From: Parcubacteria bacterium C7867-001
GTDB taxonomy: Bacteria > Patescibacteriota > Minisyncoccia > Phycocordibacterales > Phycocordibacteraceae
Reading direction: 5' to 3'
Assembly (NCBI GenBank): GCA_001189095.1
Contig: LFCK01000004.1
Span: forward strand, 5,674 to 69,673
Length of the DNA stretch: 64,000 nucleotides
A program made the translations under genes and the position numbers. Below the pieces are notes generated by a model that saw only the letters and a program-made list of their open reading frames with translations, was not told where the DNA came from and ran no database searches. This document shows, piece after piece, positions 49,942 through 59,339 of this stretch; positions within the stretch are counted from its first letter, which is position 1; the number at the start of each line of letters is the position of its first letter.

Positions 49942-50181
49942 TTATTTGAGAGCGTACAGACGATTCTTGAGCTGCTTTTGATTACTAAAGAGGCTCTGTA
50001 TCGAAACAGAGATTTCAGCACCAGCCCAATAATCGCTTACAGCTTTTTCAAATCCTTCTGCGCGGCGAAATAGAAAGTTTATTCGTTTCGCATCTGCACG
50101 CTCCAAGCCGACCAAATCAAATTGGAGAGTAAGCAAAAGGGTTGCGAGTCCCAGGTCACTAATTTTTTCTGTATCTTCCAC
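49942..50181 (-). CDS. DUF5659-like small protein
   Basis: SDLGLATLL...FLF...VSDYW...LKNRLY pattern, recalled from CPR elements. Confidence 0.6.
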   Translation of the reverse strand: MEDTEKISDLGLATLLLTLQFDLVGLERADAKRINFLFRRAEGFEKAVSDYWAGAEISVSIQSLFSNQKQLKNRLYALK

Positions 50182-50321
50182 ATAGAGATTGTCCCAATAA
50201 TCGCCGCCGTTTTTTAGTGTTTGTCAGCAATATTTCTCTTTTGAAATACACTCACAAAAACAGCCGCCATACGGCGACTAATTCGAGTTATCAACAAACG
50301 GAAGTAAATGGTAATAAAAAT

Positions 50322-51023
50322 CTACTTCTTTGGAGGGTTATGGAGCGCAATGCCTACTCTTGGCTCAATGCGAACGTAGCCCTTGATGAAATCTCCCGCT
50401 TGGCGATAAAGACCGTTATGAACAGCATTTTTGATACGCTCAATTTTCTTTTCTTTCTCCTCCAGCTTCGACTGATTATAAAGCGGCTTTTCAAGCTCGT
50501 CATTCAATTCTTCGTAAGTCATTGACCTGCTCAAGCCATCATCGCCGTAGAGGATATTTAGAACAAAATAATGAATCGAAGAATAAGTATCAAATGGAAT
50601 TTTTCTGTCGTTGCAATAAAAATCATTTCCGTGTTTTTCGATTGTGCGGATTACAGTATGGGCAGACGCTAGGGAGGCGATATGTTTTTTTAGCTTCGAT
50701 TCATCAACCTCTATCACGTAAACCTCTTCCTCTTTTCCTGCCTGGTCTCCATCATCAAATTGCGACTCGCTCCCAGTTTCTTCAAAAATCTGATGCTTTT
50801 CTTCCGCCTTCTTTATAAAAAATCCCCATCGTGCGCGGTACTCTTTGACAGCCCCCACTTTTTTCAATCGCTCCAGTGATACCTCAACTTCTTCTTTTGT
50901 AACTCCTCGGACATTGAAATCTTTTACCTTGATAGCAAGAGGGCGAACGCTCTTGGAGTCGTTCGCAACAATTTTGGCTACTATTATTTCGCTATCTTCA
51001 ATACTCATTCCCATAATAATCAT
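50322..51023 (-). CDS. Hypothetical protein (possible regulator)
   Basis: 233-aa ORF divergent from the Xis-like gene. Confidence 0.6.
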   Translation of the reverse strand: MIIMGMSIEDSEIIVAKIVANDSKSVRPLAIKVKDFNVRGVTKEEVEVSLERLKKVGAVKEYRARWGFFIKKAEEKHQIFEETGSESQFDDGDQAGKEEEVYVIEVDESKLKKHIASLASAHTVIRTIEKHGNDFYCNDRKIPFDTYSSIHYFVLNILYGDDGLSRSMTYEELNDELEKPLYNQSKLEEKEKKIERIKNAVHNGLYRQAGDFIKGYVRIEPRVGIALHNPPKK

Positions 51024-51091
51024 AGTCTAACAGAACTTGCCAAAACTTGCCACACACAACCAAAAGAGCTAAACTGTAAGGACATAACATT

Positions 51092-51268
51092 ATGAAACAA
51101 GAAAAGTATTTAACACTGCAAGAAGCAGCAAAAATCTTAGACGTTAGTGAGCGCTCAATGTTCCGCTACATCCATAGTGGAAGGCTTAAAGCCAGCAAGA
51201 TTGGTTCCTGGCGTATCAAAGAAAAAGACCTTGAAGATTTTATTAAAAAAAGTTCCAACCTTTCTTAG
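51092..51268 (+). CDS. Excisionase-family helix-turn-helix protein (58 aa, below the ORF-track cutoff)
   Basis: MKQEKYLTLQEAAKILDVSERSMFRYIHSGRLKASKIGSWRIKEKDLEDFIKKSSNLS. Confidence 0.9.
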   Translation: MKQEKYLTLQEAAKILDVSERSMFRYIHSGRLKASKIGSWRIKEKDLEDFIKKSSNLS

Positions 51269-51280
51269 GTGTCTGATTTT

Positions 51281-54200
51281 ATGAGTAAATCACTTTACAA
51301 CCGAGGTTCAGAGTGGAGAAAATGGGATTTACATATTCATACCCCAGCTTCTTTTCATTGGAACGGTGGAAAGAGATTTTTCGAGATGACTGCGCCAGAA
51401 AAAGAGCAGGCATTTCAGAAAATGCTTGAGACTATAAATAATTCCGATGTTGCTGCTTTCGCAATGACTGATTATTGGACGTTTGATGGATATTTAGAAT
51501 TTAAGGATTATATAAAAAGGAAAAATCTAAAACTTAATAAGACCGTATTTCCTGGAATGGAGTTGAGAGTAGAAGCACCCGTAGACTACCGATTAAATAT
51601 CCAGGTAATTCTTTCAGACGAGCTGACTGCTCAACAACTCAAGGACTTTAAAGCAAAGTTAAGAATAGGTAGCCTTAATAGGAGTCTTTCAGATGATGCC
51701 ATAAAAGAATTCGCCCAAACTCTGGACGACAGCAAAGCAAAAACTCACGGTTTTAAATCACCTTCGACTCTTAACGACACAGAACTACTTGAACTTGGTT
51801 CTAAGACTGTAGTAGTCACAAAAGAATCTCTTTGCAGAGATGCTTTTACTGCAATTCCACCAAAGTGCGGGTACATTCTTTTACCTTATGACACATCAGA
51901 CGGCTTGGTGAAGTTGGATTGGGCTACTCACCCTCACGATGACAACTACTTTATGCAGTCCGCTCATATTTTTGAATCGCGCAATGATGAGTGTATTGAT
52001 TTGTTTTTATGCAAAGAGACACCCAAAAATAAGAGTTTTATCAAGAATTTTATTAAGACGATAGGGGGTAAACCAAAACCAGTTGTCTCTGGTAGTGATG
52101 CCCATAAAATTGAAGACTACGGAAATTATCCTAGTGGGAAAATTACTTGGATAAAAGCTGATGTTACTTTTCAGGGTTTAAGACAAGTTGTTAATGAACC
52201 TGCGGATAGAGCATATGTTGGAACTTCTCCACTTAAGCTTATTGAAGTAGCGAATAATAAATCTAAATACGTAGACTCAATTAAGATTGCACACACTTCA
52301 CCAGGCACCACGCCTGCTTGGTTTTCCAGTAAACTGCCACTAAACAGTGGTTTCGTTGCTATTATTGGTAAAAAAGGAAGCGGTAAAAGTGCACTTGCGG
52401 ACATCGTGAGTCTTTGTGGTGACAGTAAGATAAACCCAAAGGATTATTCATTTCTCACAACCCAGAAGTTTAAAAAGCGTAGCTTGGCAAAAAATTATGA
52501 GGCTAATCTCACGTGGCTTGATGCCCAAGAAATATCTAAAAACTTGGACAGCGAGGTTGAGGTTGCTACCTCTGTTGAAAGAATAAAATACCTACCGCAG
52601 CAATATGTTGAAACTATCTGTAATGAGGAAGGTGTTAGTATTTTGTTTCAGCAAGAGATTGATAAAGTAATTTTTTCTTATGTCCCAGATGAGAGCAGGC
52701 TTGGCACAAATAGCTTGGCAGAGTTGATAAAAACAAAAACAGAATCAGTGGACGGTTCTATTTCTGTGTTACGTACAGAGTTGCATAGAATTAACGAAAA
52801 AATAACTTTACACGAAGACAAAGAAGCTCCTAAGTATGAGGAATCTTTAAATAAGAAACTTGAAGAGAAGCAACGTGAACTCAAGAATCTCCCTCAGCCG
52901 AAAGTTGTTAAGAAGCCTAAGACTACTTTAAACAAAGCAACGGAAGCCAAGATTAAAAGGCTCACCGCGTCCATTACTAAGTTTGATGAACAAATAACAG
53001 TTGCAAAGCAAGAGTTAAAAGATGTTAACGGCAGACTCCATAAACTTGAGAAGATTACTGATAAAGTTACTTCTCTTGGTGGAGATGTTGAAGCATTTAT
53101 TGAAACTTTCCAAGAAGATGCAACTGGAATGGGCATTGACCTTACCAAAGTCCTAAGTCTCAAAATAAATGACGGAGTCCTTAAGACGAAGAAGACGGAG
53201 CTGTCTGCGGAAAAAGAAAAATTGGATGAGAAGCTAGAACAGAACAATCCTAAATCAACGACAAGTTTTTATATCAAGAAGGCAAAGCAGGAAGCAGAGT
53301 TGGCGAAGATTACAGCTACACTTGATGCAGACCAAAAACAATACAAGGAGTATTTGCAAGCACTCAAGGAGTATGGAGAGAAAAAGCAAGCAATTGAAGG
53401 GAAAAAGGGTGATACAAGTTTGGATACTATAATTTCCCTTGAAGAAGAAATTGATTTTGTTAAAAACAAGCTCAAGGGTTTTTTGCAGCAAGGATATAAG
53501 AAACGCGAGGAAACCCTAAAAAAAGTTTTTAAAGAGCTGGGACAAAAAATTAAGTTCTACCAAGAAATCTATACCCCAATCGTTAGTTTTATTGAAAGTG
53601 AAAAAGAAACCCAAGAAAAATCTGGTAATGTTTTAAGTTTCAGTGCGGGGCTTGTCTTTGGGCGACCCAAATTTGTTGATGACTTCTTTTCTTTTGTGAA
53701 TCAAGGCAAGGACGGAAGTTTTCAAACTGTTGCGGGTGGTCAAAAAATACTCAACGCAATTATGGATAAGTATGACCTCACTAAAGAGGACGGGGTATGT
53801 GGATTTACCGAAGACCTTTTGACTCACCTTAGAAATGACAATACTGGAACAACTCCAAAAACAAATCACATCAAGTCTCAACTCAAGAAAGACCAGACTG
53901 ACTTCTACGATTATGTATTCAACCTTGATTACCTAGATGTGAAGTACAAAATCCTTTTCAACGGGAAGGATTTGAACGCCAATGAATTTTCGCCTGGAGA
54001 GAAAGGTGCGCTACTGCTCATTTTCTATTTACTGATTGATAAGGAGAACATACCTCTAGTGATTGACCAGCCAGAAGAAAACCTTGATAACGAATCAGTC
54101 TATACATTACTTGTCCCGTACATTAAAAAAGCAAAGAGTAGACGACAAATTATTGCCGTTACTCATAACCCCAACCTTGCCGTGGTATGTGACGCGGAGC

Positions 54201-54358
54201 AGATTATCTGTGCATCAATGGATAAGAAGAAGTCGGAAGTAAAATATGTTTCTGGAAGTATTGAGGACTCGGATATTAACAAAAAAATTGTAGACATTCT
54301 GGAGGGTACGTTACCTGCCTTTACGGTAAGAGATAGAAGTTATATTAGGAGAAACTAA
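51281..54358 (+). CDS. PHP-domain / SMC-like ABC ATPase fusion (TrlF/Ppl-like anti-phage protein)
   Basis: GSEWRKWDLHIHTP, TDYW, GME, GSDAH; GKKGSGKS, long coiled coil, SPGEK, IDQPEENLD, VTHNPN. Confidence 0.85.
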   Translation: MSKSLYNRGSEWRKWDLHIHTPASFHWNGGKRFFEMTAPEKEQAFQKMLETINNSDVAAFAMTDYWTFDGYLEFKDYIKRKNLKLNKTVFPGMELRVEAPVDYRLNIQVILSDELTAQQLKDFKAKLRIGSLNRSLSDDAIKEFAQTLDDSKAKTHGFKSPSTLNDTELLELGSKTVVVTKESLCRDAFTAIPPKCGYILLPYDTSDGLVKLDWATHPHDDNYFMQSAHIFESRNDECIDLFLCKETPKNKSFIKNFIKTIGGKPKPVVSGSDAHKIEDYGNYPSGKITWIKADVTFQGLRQVVNEPADRAYVGTSPLKLIEVANNKSKYVDSIKIAHTSPGTTPAWFSSKLPLNSGFVAIIGKKGSGKSALADIVSLCGDSKINPKDYSFLTTQKFKKRSLAKNYEANLTWLDAQEISKNLDSEVEVATSVERIKYLPQQYVETICNEEGVSILFQQEIDKVIFSYVPDESRLGTNSLAELIKTKTESVDGSISVLRTELHRINEKITLHEDKEAPKYEESLNKKLEEKQRELKNLPQPKVVKKPKTTLNKATEAKIKRLTASITKFDEQITVAKQELKDVNGRLHKLEKITDKVTSLGGDVEAFIETFQEDATGMGIDLTKVLSLKINDGVLKTKKTELSAEKEKLDEKLEQNNPKSTTSFYIKKAKQEAELAKITATLDADQKQYKEYLQALKEYGEKKQAIEGKKGDTSLDTIISLEEEIDFVKNKLKGFLQQGYKKREETLKKVFKELGQKIKFYQEIYTPIVSFIESEKETQEKSGNVLSFSAGLVFGRPKFVDDFFSFVNQGKDGSFQTVAGGQKILNAIMDKYDLTKEDGVCGFTEDLLTHLRNDNTGTTPKTNHIKSQLKKDQTDFYDYVFNLDYLDVKYKILFNGKDLNANEFSPGEKGALLLIFYLLIDKENIPLVIDQPEENLDNESVYTLLVPYIKKAKSRRQIIAVTHNPNLAVVCDAEQIICASMDKKKSEVKYVSGSIEDSDINKKIVDILEGTLPAFTVRDRSYIRRN

Positions 54359-54501
54359 TTTCTGAATCATAATTCTAAAGGCGGATACTCTCCAAAAGTT
54401 GTATATACTCAAGGCGATATGCCTTGTATAATTTTCAAATAAATTTTACCTATAGATATTTGAACACTTGCAAACATATAACTATGTAGTAATATGTTTG
54501 T

Positions 54502-54816
54502 ATGAGTAGAAACCAAGTAGAACTTGAAGCCAAACTATTTAAAGGCTTTGCTGACCAATCCCGCCTCTTAATACTATCCACTATTTTAGGCCAACCAAAA
54601 ACTGTAAGTGAAATTGTTGATGAAACAAAACTTTCTCAACCAAACACTTCGGCTCATTTAGCGTGTCTTTTGGAATGTGGTCTTATTCGTAACGAAAAGA
54701 AAGGACGAGAGGTTTTTTATGAAGTTTCAGGCAAAGAAGTTGTGGGTATGCTTCAACAGGCACAAAAAGTTTTGAAAAAACACTCCAAGGAGATTTATGA
54801 ATGCACAAACTACTAA
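54502..54816 (+). CDS. ArsR/SmtB metalloregulator
   Basis: FKGFADQSRLLIL, SQPNTSAHLACLLECGL, GREVFY. Confidence 0.92.
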   Translation: MSRNQVELEAKLFKGFADQSRLLILSTILGQPKTVSEIVDETKLSQPNTSAHLACLLECGLIRNEKKGREVFYEVSGKEVVGMLQQAQKVLKKHSKEIYECTNY

Positions 54817-54818
54817 CT

Positions 54819-55439
54819 ATGTGTAAAGAAGATAACGACAATTTAGACCTTTCCCATATAAACCCCGCATATAAGCGGGCACTATGGATAGTGGTCATAC
54901 TCAATCTAGGTTATGGAATAGCCGAAATGATTGGTGGGTTTTTAGCTAACTCTCAAGCTCTTAAAGCTGATGCTTTAGATTTCCTTGGAGACGGTTCAAT
55001 TACATTTATAGGACTGCTTGCTATAGGTTGGTCATTGAGATGGCGTGCTCGTTCTGCTCTTACCCAAGGCATATTCCTAGGAATTATGGGTCTTGGAGTA
55101 ATAACGACTACAGCGTATAAGATATTTGTGCTAAACACACCTGAAGCAGAACTTATGGGCATATTAGGAGTTATTGCTCTTGTTATAAATGTGATTTCGG
55201 CTGTCGTGCTAATTCCTCATCGCCACGGAGACGCTAATATGCGGTCAGTATGGCTTTTCAGCCGTAATGATGCCTTTGGCAATTTAGCTGTGGTTATTGC
55301 TGCAGGTATAGTTTATTGGACAAACACCTCTTGGCCAGACCTTGTAGCCGCACTTATCATCGCAGGATTATTTCTTCATTCGTCTTGGTCGATTATCAAA
55401 GACGCACGAAGAGATTTAAGTAAAATTAACAACAAATAA
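54819..55439 (+). CDS. Cation diffusion facilitator (short CDF, Co/Zn/Cd type)
   Basis: SQALKADALDFLGD, DANMRSVWLFSRND, WPDL. Confidence 0.9.
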   Translation: MCKEDNDNLDLSHINPAYKRALWIVVILNLGYGIAEMIGGFLANSQALKADALDFLGDGSITFIGLLAIGWSLRWRARSALTQGIFLGIMGLGVITTTAYKIFVLNTPEAELMGILGVIALVINVISAVVLIPHRHGDANMRSVWLFSRNDAFGNLAVVIAAGIVYWTNTSWPDLVAALIIAGLFLHSSWSIIKDARRDLSKINNK

Positions 55440-55450
55440 TAAATAAAATT

Positions 55451-55645
55451 ATGTCTATAAAAAGTGCCCTCAATTTTGACCGTCATCACATTTTTCTTAC
55501 TAACGCCAGCCATCTTGCTCTTGGGTTTGGATTAGCTTTAGTTTTGCAGCATTATATTTCTGGCAATGCCTTTCTTCCAGTTGTCATAGGTTGGGTTTTG
55601 ATAGGGTTTGGTTTACTTACTCACTTGGTTGCGTGGACAAAATAA
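55451..55645 (+). CDS. Small His-containing membrane protein
   Basis: Two TM helices; lies directly after the CDF gene. Confidence 0.65.
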   Translation: MSIKSALNFDRHHIFLTNASHLALGFGLALVLQHYISGNAFLPVVIGWVLIGFGLLTHLVAWTK

Positions 55646-55767
55646 ATGTTTCTAAATAGGGTTTATGCTTGGTGTATAGAGCGGTTAAAATTAGCATCTA
55701 TAGGTATATAGAATTTTACCCATAAGAAAGAGAGGTCTACGCCCTTTTGTATGCATCTGTTTGTTTT

Positions 55768-55901
55768 TGGTACTAAATGGTACAAAACTACACACCTGAT
55801 AGTAATTTTGCCAGTACCATGTCTGTATTTGATGCTAGTCCTATGGTACTAACTGATAGTGGAAAGATGGTACATATAGAACTGTACATACCAGTACGTA
55901 C
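55768..55901. repeat. GTAC-core repeat cluster near the element's right end
   Basis: Eight GTAC sites in 132 bp; ATGGTAC three times plus once inverted; CTGATAGT twice. Confidence 0.6.
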
Positions 55902-56281
55902 CCAGACAAGAAAATTTTTCCTAAAAATAGCTCCTGGGATATGGGCTGTCCCCCCTAAAATAAAATCTCACGCCAGGGAAACACCCACCACCCCAAATAC
56001 GAAAAATGGAGCTTCTATGCTCCTTTCCTTGAACCGAGTATAATAAGCCCATTAGGGGGCTGTTTAAGCCACAATAGCGAGCAACTGACGCATCTGTTGC
56101 AGGGAGACGCTAGGATAAGGGAAGATTTCTTCCCATTTAACAGTTCGTACATAGTCCCCCCAAGCCCGCAGATGACAAAGAAGGCGCGCAAGCGCCTCTT
56201 TTGTTTGGTGTAAGATTCTATATATATCCGTATGGAACTCCTTTCCTACACATGGACGTACTTGGCGCAGGCACCAGCAGT

Positions 56282-57070
56282 ATGGAATTAATTGCAGGCG
56301 ATAAAGAGCTTGAAGCGCTCAATATTCAGCTCAACGATCCAACGCAGCTTGCGGCGTACAAGGGACCGCTGGATACCTACCGGCCGCACCTCCTCCCGAG
56401 GGTATTCGGATCTTTTTTGGTGTTTTGCGGCAACCTTGTGTACGGGCGCGAACCGTCCTATCTAAAGTTTCGAGCGGTTGAGATAATTGCGCGCGTGCCA
56501 TATCACTCGTGGTCATCTGCTGCTTTTACGCTCCTGACTCTGTTCTTTTCGAATGAGAAAAAAGCCTTGCGGCTGTCGAATGTTGCGCGCTACTCGCGTA
56601 TTGCTTCTGACAACGAAACCATGCATGTGGTTGTTATTTCCCAGCTTGCGAGAAAAGAAGTAAAAGCGGGTTATGTTCGGCACACCCTTGTTCCGATGCT
56701 GTTCGCCTTTTTCTACTTCTGGGCTTCCTATTGGATGTACCTTATCCGTCCGCGCTGGTCATATGAACTGAACTATCTGTTCGAATCACATGCGTTTGCG
56801 CAGTACGACAGATTCCTTGAATTGCATGACGAGGAGTTGCGACACAAAGCAGTCGAAAGCGATTTCCTCGCATGGTACGGACGTACGCCGATACATCAGT
56901 ATGACTTCTTCCGCTCGGTACGTAATGATGAGATTGTGCATCGAAATCAGTCTATTCACGACATCGACGAGGAAGCGGATCTGCGCCGCATTCGTCTCCT
57001 GAAACGCATCGCGCTTTTCGTTGTTGGGGTACTGCTGGTGCTCGTTGCCGCCGCTGTTCTGCTTGTTTGA
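56282..57070 (+). CDS. Alternative oxidase / PTOX-like di-iron protein
   Basis: EIIARVPY, DNETMH, FESHA, RNDEIVH; C-terminal TM helix; start may be 56252. Confidence 0.85.
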   Translation: MELIAGDKELEALNIQLNDPTQLAAYKGPLDTYRPHLLPRVFGSFLVFCGNLVYGREPSYLKFRAVEIIARVPYHSWSSAAFTLLTLFFSNEKKALRLSNVARYSRIASDNETMHVVVISQLARKEVKAGYVRHTLVPMLFAFFYFWASYWMYLIRPRWSYELNYLFESHAFAQYDRFLELHDEELRHKAVESDFLAWYGRTPIHQYDFFRSVRNDEIVHRNQSIHDIDEEADLRRIRLLKRIALFVVGVLLVLVAAAVLLV

Positions 57071-57122
57071 GAAGAAACCATAGGTGCGGTTTCTTCTGGT
57101 ATGTAGGGTATATACTTTTTGT

Positions 57123-57284
57123 ATGGAAAAGATAAAAATCGAACAACATACGGTTTCGGGCGGCGCATGGATTGCGGCGTGGATGTTCACTATCGGCTAC
57201 CTCCATCTTTCATTCTGGAACGGAGTACTTGCGGTGGTCATCTGGCCGTATTTCCTCGGTGCGTATTTCGCAGCACCAATGTAA
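57123..57284 (+). CDS. Small membrane protein
   Basis: MEKIKIEQH..WMFTIGYLHLSFWNGVLAVVIWPYFLG. Confidence 0.75.
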   Translation: MEKIKIEQHTVSGGAWIAAWMFTIGYLHLSFWNGVLAVVIWPYFLGAYFAAPM

Positions 57285-57293
57285 GGAAAATAA

Positions 57294-57328
57294 AAACACC
57301 CGGCCGCGAAAGCGGCCGGGTGTTTTTT
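57294..57328. terminator. Bidirectional terminator
   Basis: aaaacacccggccgc-gaaa-gcggccgggtgtttt. Confidence 0.75.
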
Positions 57329-57334
57329 AATCGT

Positions 57335-57763
57335 TTATACCCACGCCGTGAGAATGGCGCCCATGAGGATGAGGGAGACTAGATAGTAGCCGCCTTGGAT
57401 AAGCCAGAGCTTCCATGGTTTTCCTTCCCAGATCACGACGCCGAGTGTCACTGGTGCGATAAAGCCAAGCCAGCTCCAGAACGCCCCTTGAAGGGCTGAA
57501 GGGAATCCGCCGATACCAAGATAGCTTTGAGCGAAGACGAGACTGTGAGCAAAAACGTACGCCATGATGAAGGTTGTAATCGCCATCCCAAGATAGCTCA
57601 TCATCATTTTTCGCTTTATCGCCTTTGTTAGTACGGCTGGCTTTTCAATACCAACGAGCTTCATCCACTGCTTGCCGAAGAGGGGGCCGTACCACAACGT
57701 TCCGAGAACGATGGCGGCAAGCGTGGCTCCGAATACGGAGAGATAATTAATGGGTACTTCCAT
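57335..57763 (-). CDS. DUF1761 membrane protein
   Basis: INYL, LGTLWYGPLFGKQWM, WLGF, LWLIQGGY. Confidence 0.88.
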   Translation of the reverse strand: MEVPINYLSVFGATLAAIVLGTLWYGPLFGKQWMKLVGIEKPAVLTKAIKRKMMMSYLGMAITTFIMAYVFAHSLVFAQSYLGIGGFPSALQGAFWSWLGFIAPVTLGVVIWEGKPWKLWLIQGGYYLVSLILMGAILTAWV

Positions 57764-57928
57764 AGGGAAATGTTAGGTTGCTATGCTTCCAGTATATCGC
57801 CGCAGGAGGGCAGTGGGTTCATGGGCGTGCACAATGTCTTGCGTAGCAAAAATTTTGGTTCATACTCCGTGCTTATGGACGGTTTTCGAATCGTCCTATT
57901 CGATCTTTCACATACGGGGGAACTCCTC

Positions 57929-58282
57929 ATGGGAAAACCGAAAGAAAAAGCAGTGCCGTTCGTTGCGGTGCACGCGAACGAAACGTATCGCATCAGTCGC
58001 GGAAACGGCGGCGCTGCAGTGTTCCATCTGGAAAGCAAGAAGCCGAACGAGCAAATCGCTATTCCGCTTCCACAGCAGCTGTTCACGCTCATTCTCTCGG
58101 GCTCGAAGCCCGTCCGTAACAGATACAAGCTGAAGAACGAAGAGCTCGTCTCTTTTGAGCTTTGCGTTCAGCGCGGTGGTTGTGTCCGTCTCCCAGACGG
58201 ACGGCTCATCCCGCTCGCCGAGATTGCCGGTCGCGGCGTCCTTGCGTATGCGGGGCGTAAACCCCAATTGGCTCTCGCTTGA
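57929..58282 (+). CDS. Hypothetical protein
   Basis: SD-like GGGGG before the ATG; hairpin after the stop. Confidence 0.5.
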   Translation: MGKPKEKAVPFVAVHANETYRISRGNGGAAVFHLESKKPNEQIAIPLPQQLFTLILSGSKPVRNRYKLKNEELVSFELCVQRGGCVRLPDGRLIPLAEIAGRGVLAYAGRKPQLALA

Positions 58283-58362
58283 ATAGCATGACCCGCGCCA
58301 AAGGCGCGGGTCACTCTTTTTTACGAAAATGGGGCTCGACGCGTTGCGTCGAGCCCCGAGCC

Positions 58363-58638
58363 CTAGTGGGCTTTTTGCGCTTTCTTCTTCGGCCTGAACG
58401 GGTTGCGGAAGATGACACTGCCGATCGCGGTGAAGAGTTCACCGAGACAAAGCAAGATGCCGCCGATGCAGAACTGCACGAGGCCGATATAGAAGGAGGT
58501 GACACTCACAATGCTTTTAACATTCTGAGTGACCGCAATCGCTACTGCCATGCTTATTCCCCAAAAGGCGAGGATGATCGCAAGCAGCAGCGTGAGAATC
58601 TGGCGCAGGTCCAGATTCTGGAGGTCGAGAAAGGTCAT
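58363..58638 (-). CDS. Hypothetical two-TM protein
   Basis: SD GGAG, TTGACA upstream, basic C-terminal tail. Confidence 0.6.
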   Translation of the reverse strand: MTFLDLQNLDLRQILTLLLAIILAFWGISMAVAIAVTQNVKSIVSVTSFYIGLVQFCIGGILLCLGELFTAIGSVIFRNPFRPKKKAQKAH

Positions 58639-58686
58639 GGAAAAGCTCCGTTGCCTGAACTCAGAGTACTATATTTTTAGGAAGTG

Positions 58687-59319
58687 TCAACCTTTCGTTC
58701 GTTGCCCGCGTGCGTTCCATTCAACGCGATCAAGGCCACGGCGTTCGAATATTCCTGCCGGACGAATGAGCTTTTTATTTTTGGCTGGAACGAGCGGGAA
58801 GTGGCGGATATCGTCGAGTGCTGCGCCGATGTCCCACAAGTCTTCCTCCTCAGTCATCCAGCTCGTTCCGTATCCCTTCAGAGAAAAAGGGCGGGAGTAG
58901 GAAACGAGCGTTTTCTTTCCTGAGCTCGAGAGGAAGTATTCATGAAAGTAGGTGAGTGCGAGTTCGCGTATCGAGCGGTGTATGGGATCACGGTAGCGCA
59001 GAATGGCGTGGTTTGTTTTACTTATCGCTCCCCAGTAACCATTCTCCTTGAACAATGCGACGACATGGTCTTGATCGCCGCCAGTTGTTTTAAGATCAAG
59101 AAGAAACGGTGGTTTGCCATGCATCCAGAGCGCTGTGGCTGCAAGGAGTGCGCCTTCGATGCAGTGCGCTTTTCGCTCGCGCAGCACACGCCGCGGACTC
59201 ATGAGCGTATCGTTACCCTCATCAAAATTCTGGGGAAGGGTGTCGAGGAAATCTTGAATGCGGGTCGGTGTCGAAAGTCTCTTCAGTACCGCATTTTCCT
59301 CTTTCGTAAATCCGAACAT
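58687..59319 (-). CDS. Conserved hypothetical protein, transglutaminase/papain-like
   Basis: SPRRVL..AHCIEGAL, DHVVALF, WGAISKTN, LRYRDP. Confidence 0.7.
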   Translation of the reverse strand: MFGFTKEENAVLKRLSTPTRIQDFLDTLPQNFDEGNDTLMSPRRVLRERKAHCIEGALLAATALWMHGKPPFLLDLKTTGGDQDHVVALFKENGYWGAISKTNHAILRYRDPIHRSIRELALTYFHEYFLSSSGKKTLVSYSRPFSLKGYGTSWMTEEEDLWDIGAALDDIRHFPLVPAKNKKLIRPAGIFERRGLDRVEWNARGQRTKG

Positions 59320-59339
59320 TCCTATATAGTAGCTCGATT

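Larger units (their letters stand above)
45707..56149. mobile_element. ~10.4 kb integrative element (serine recombinase, primase-helicase, Xis-like, defence and metal cargo)
   Basis: Visibly AT-rich block; bounded by the direct repeat tttagcagttcgta (45707-45720) / tttaacagttcgta (56136-56149); gene content. Confidence 0.8.

Noticed and set aside
55777-56043. 88-aa ORF in the element's right arm
   Set aside because: No motifs or start signals, and it overlaps the GTAC repeat cluster; treated as non-coding.
45707-56149. Complete prophage or ICE
   Set aside because: No capsid, terminase, tail, lysis, relaxase or T4SS genes are present.
56232-56290. 19-aa upstream ORF (MELLSYTWTYLAQAPAVWN) overlapping the oxidase start
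   Set aside because: Too short to distinguish from chance and no supporting regulatory structure.
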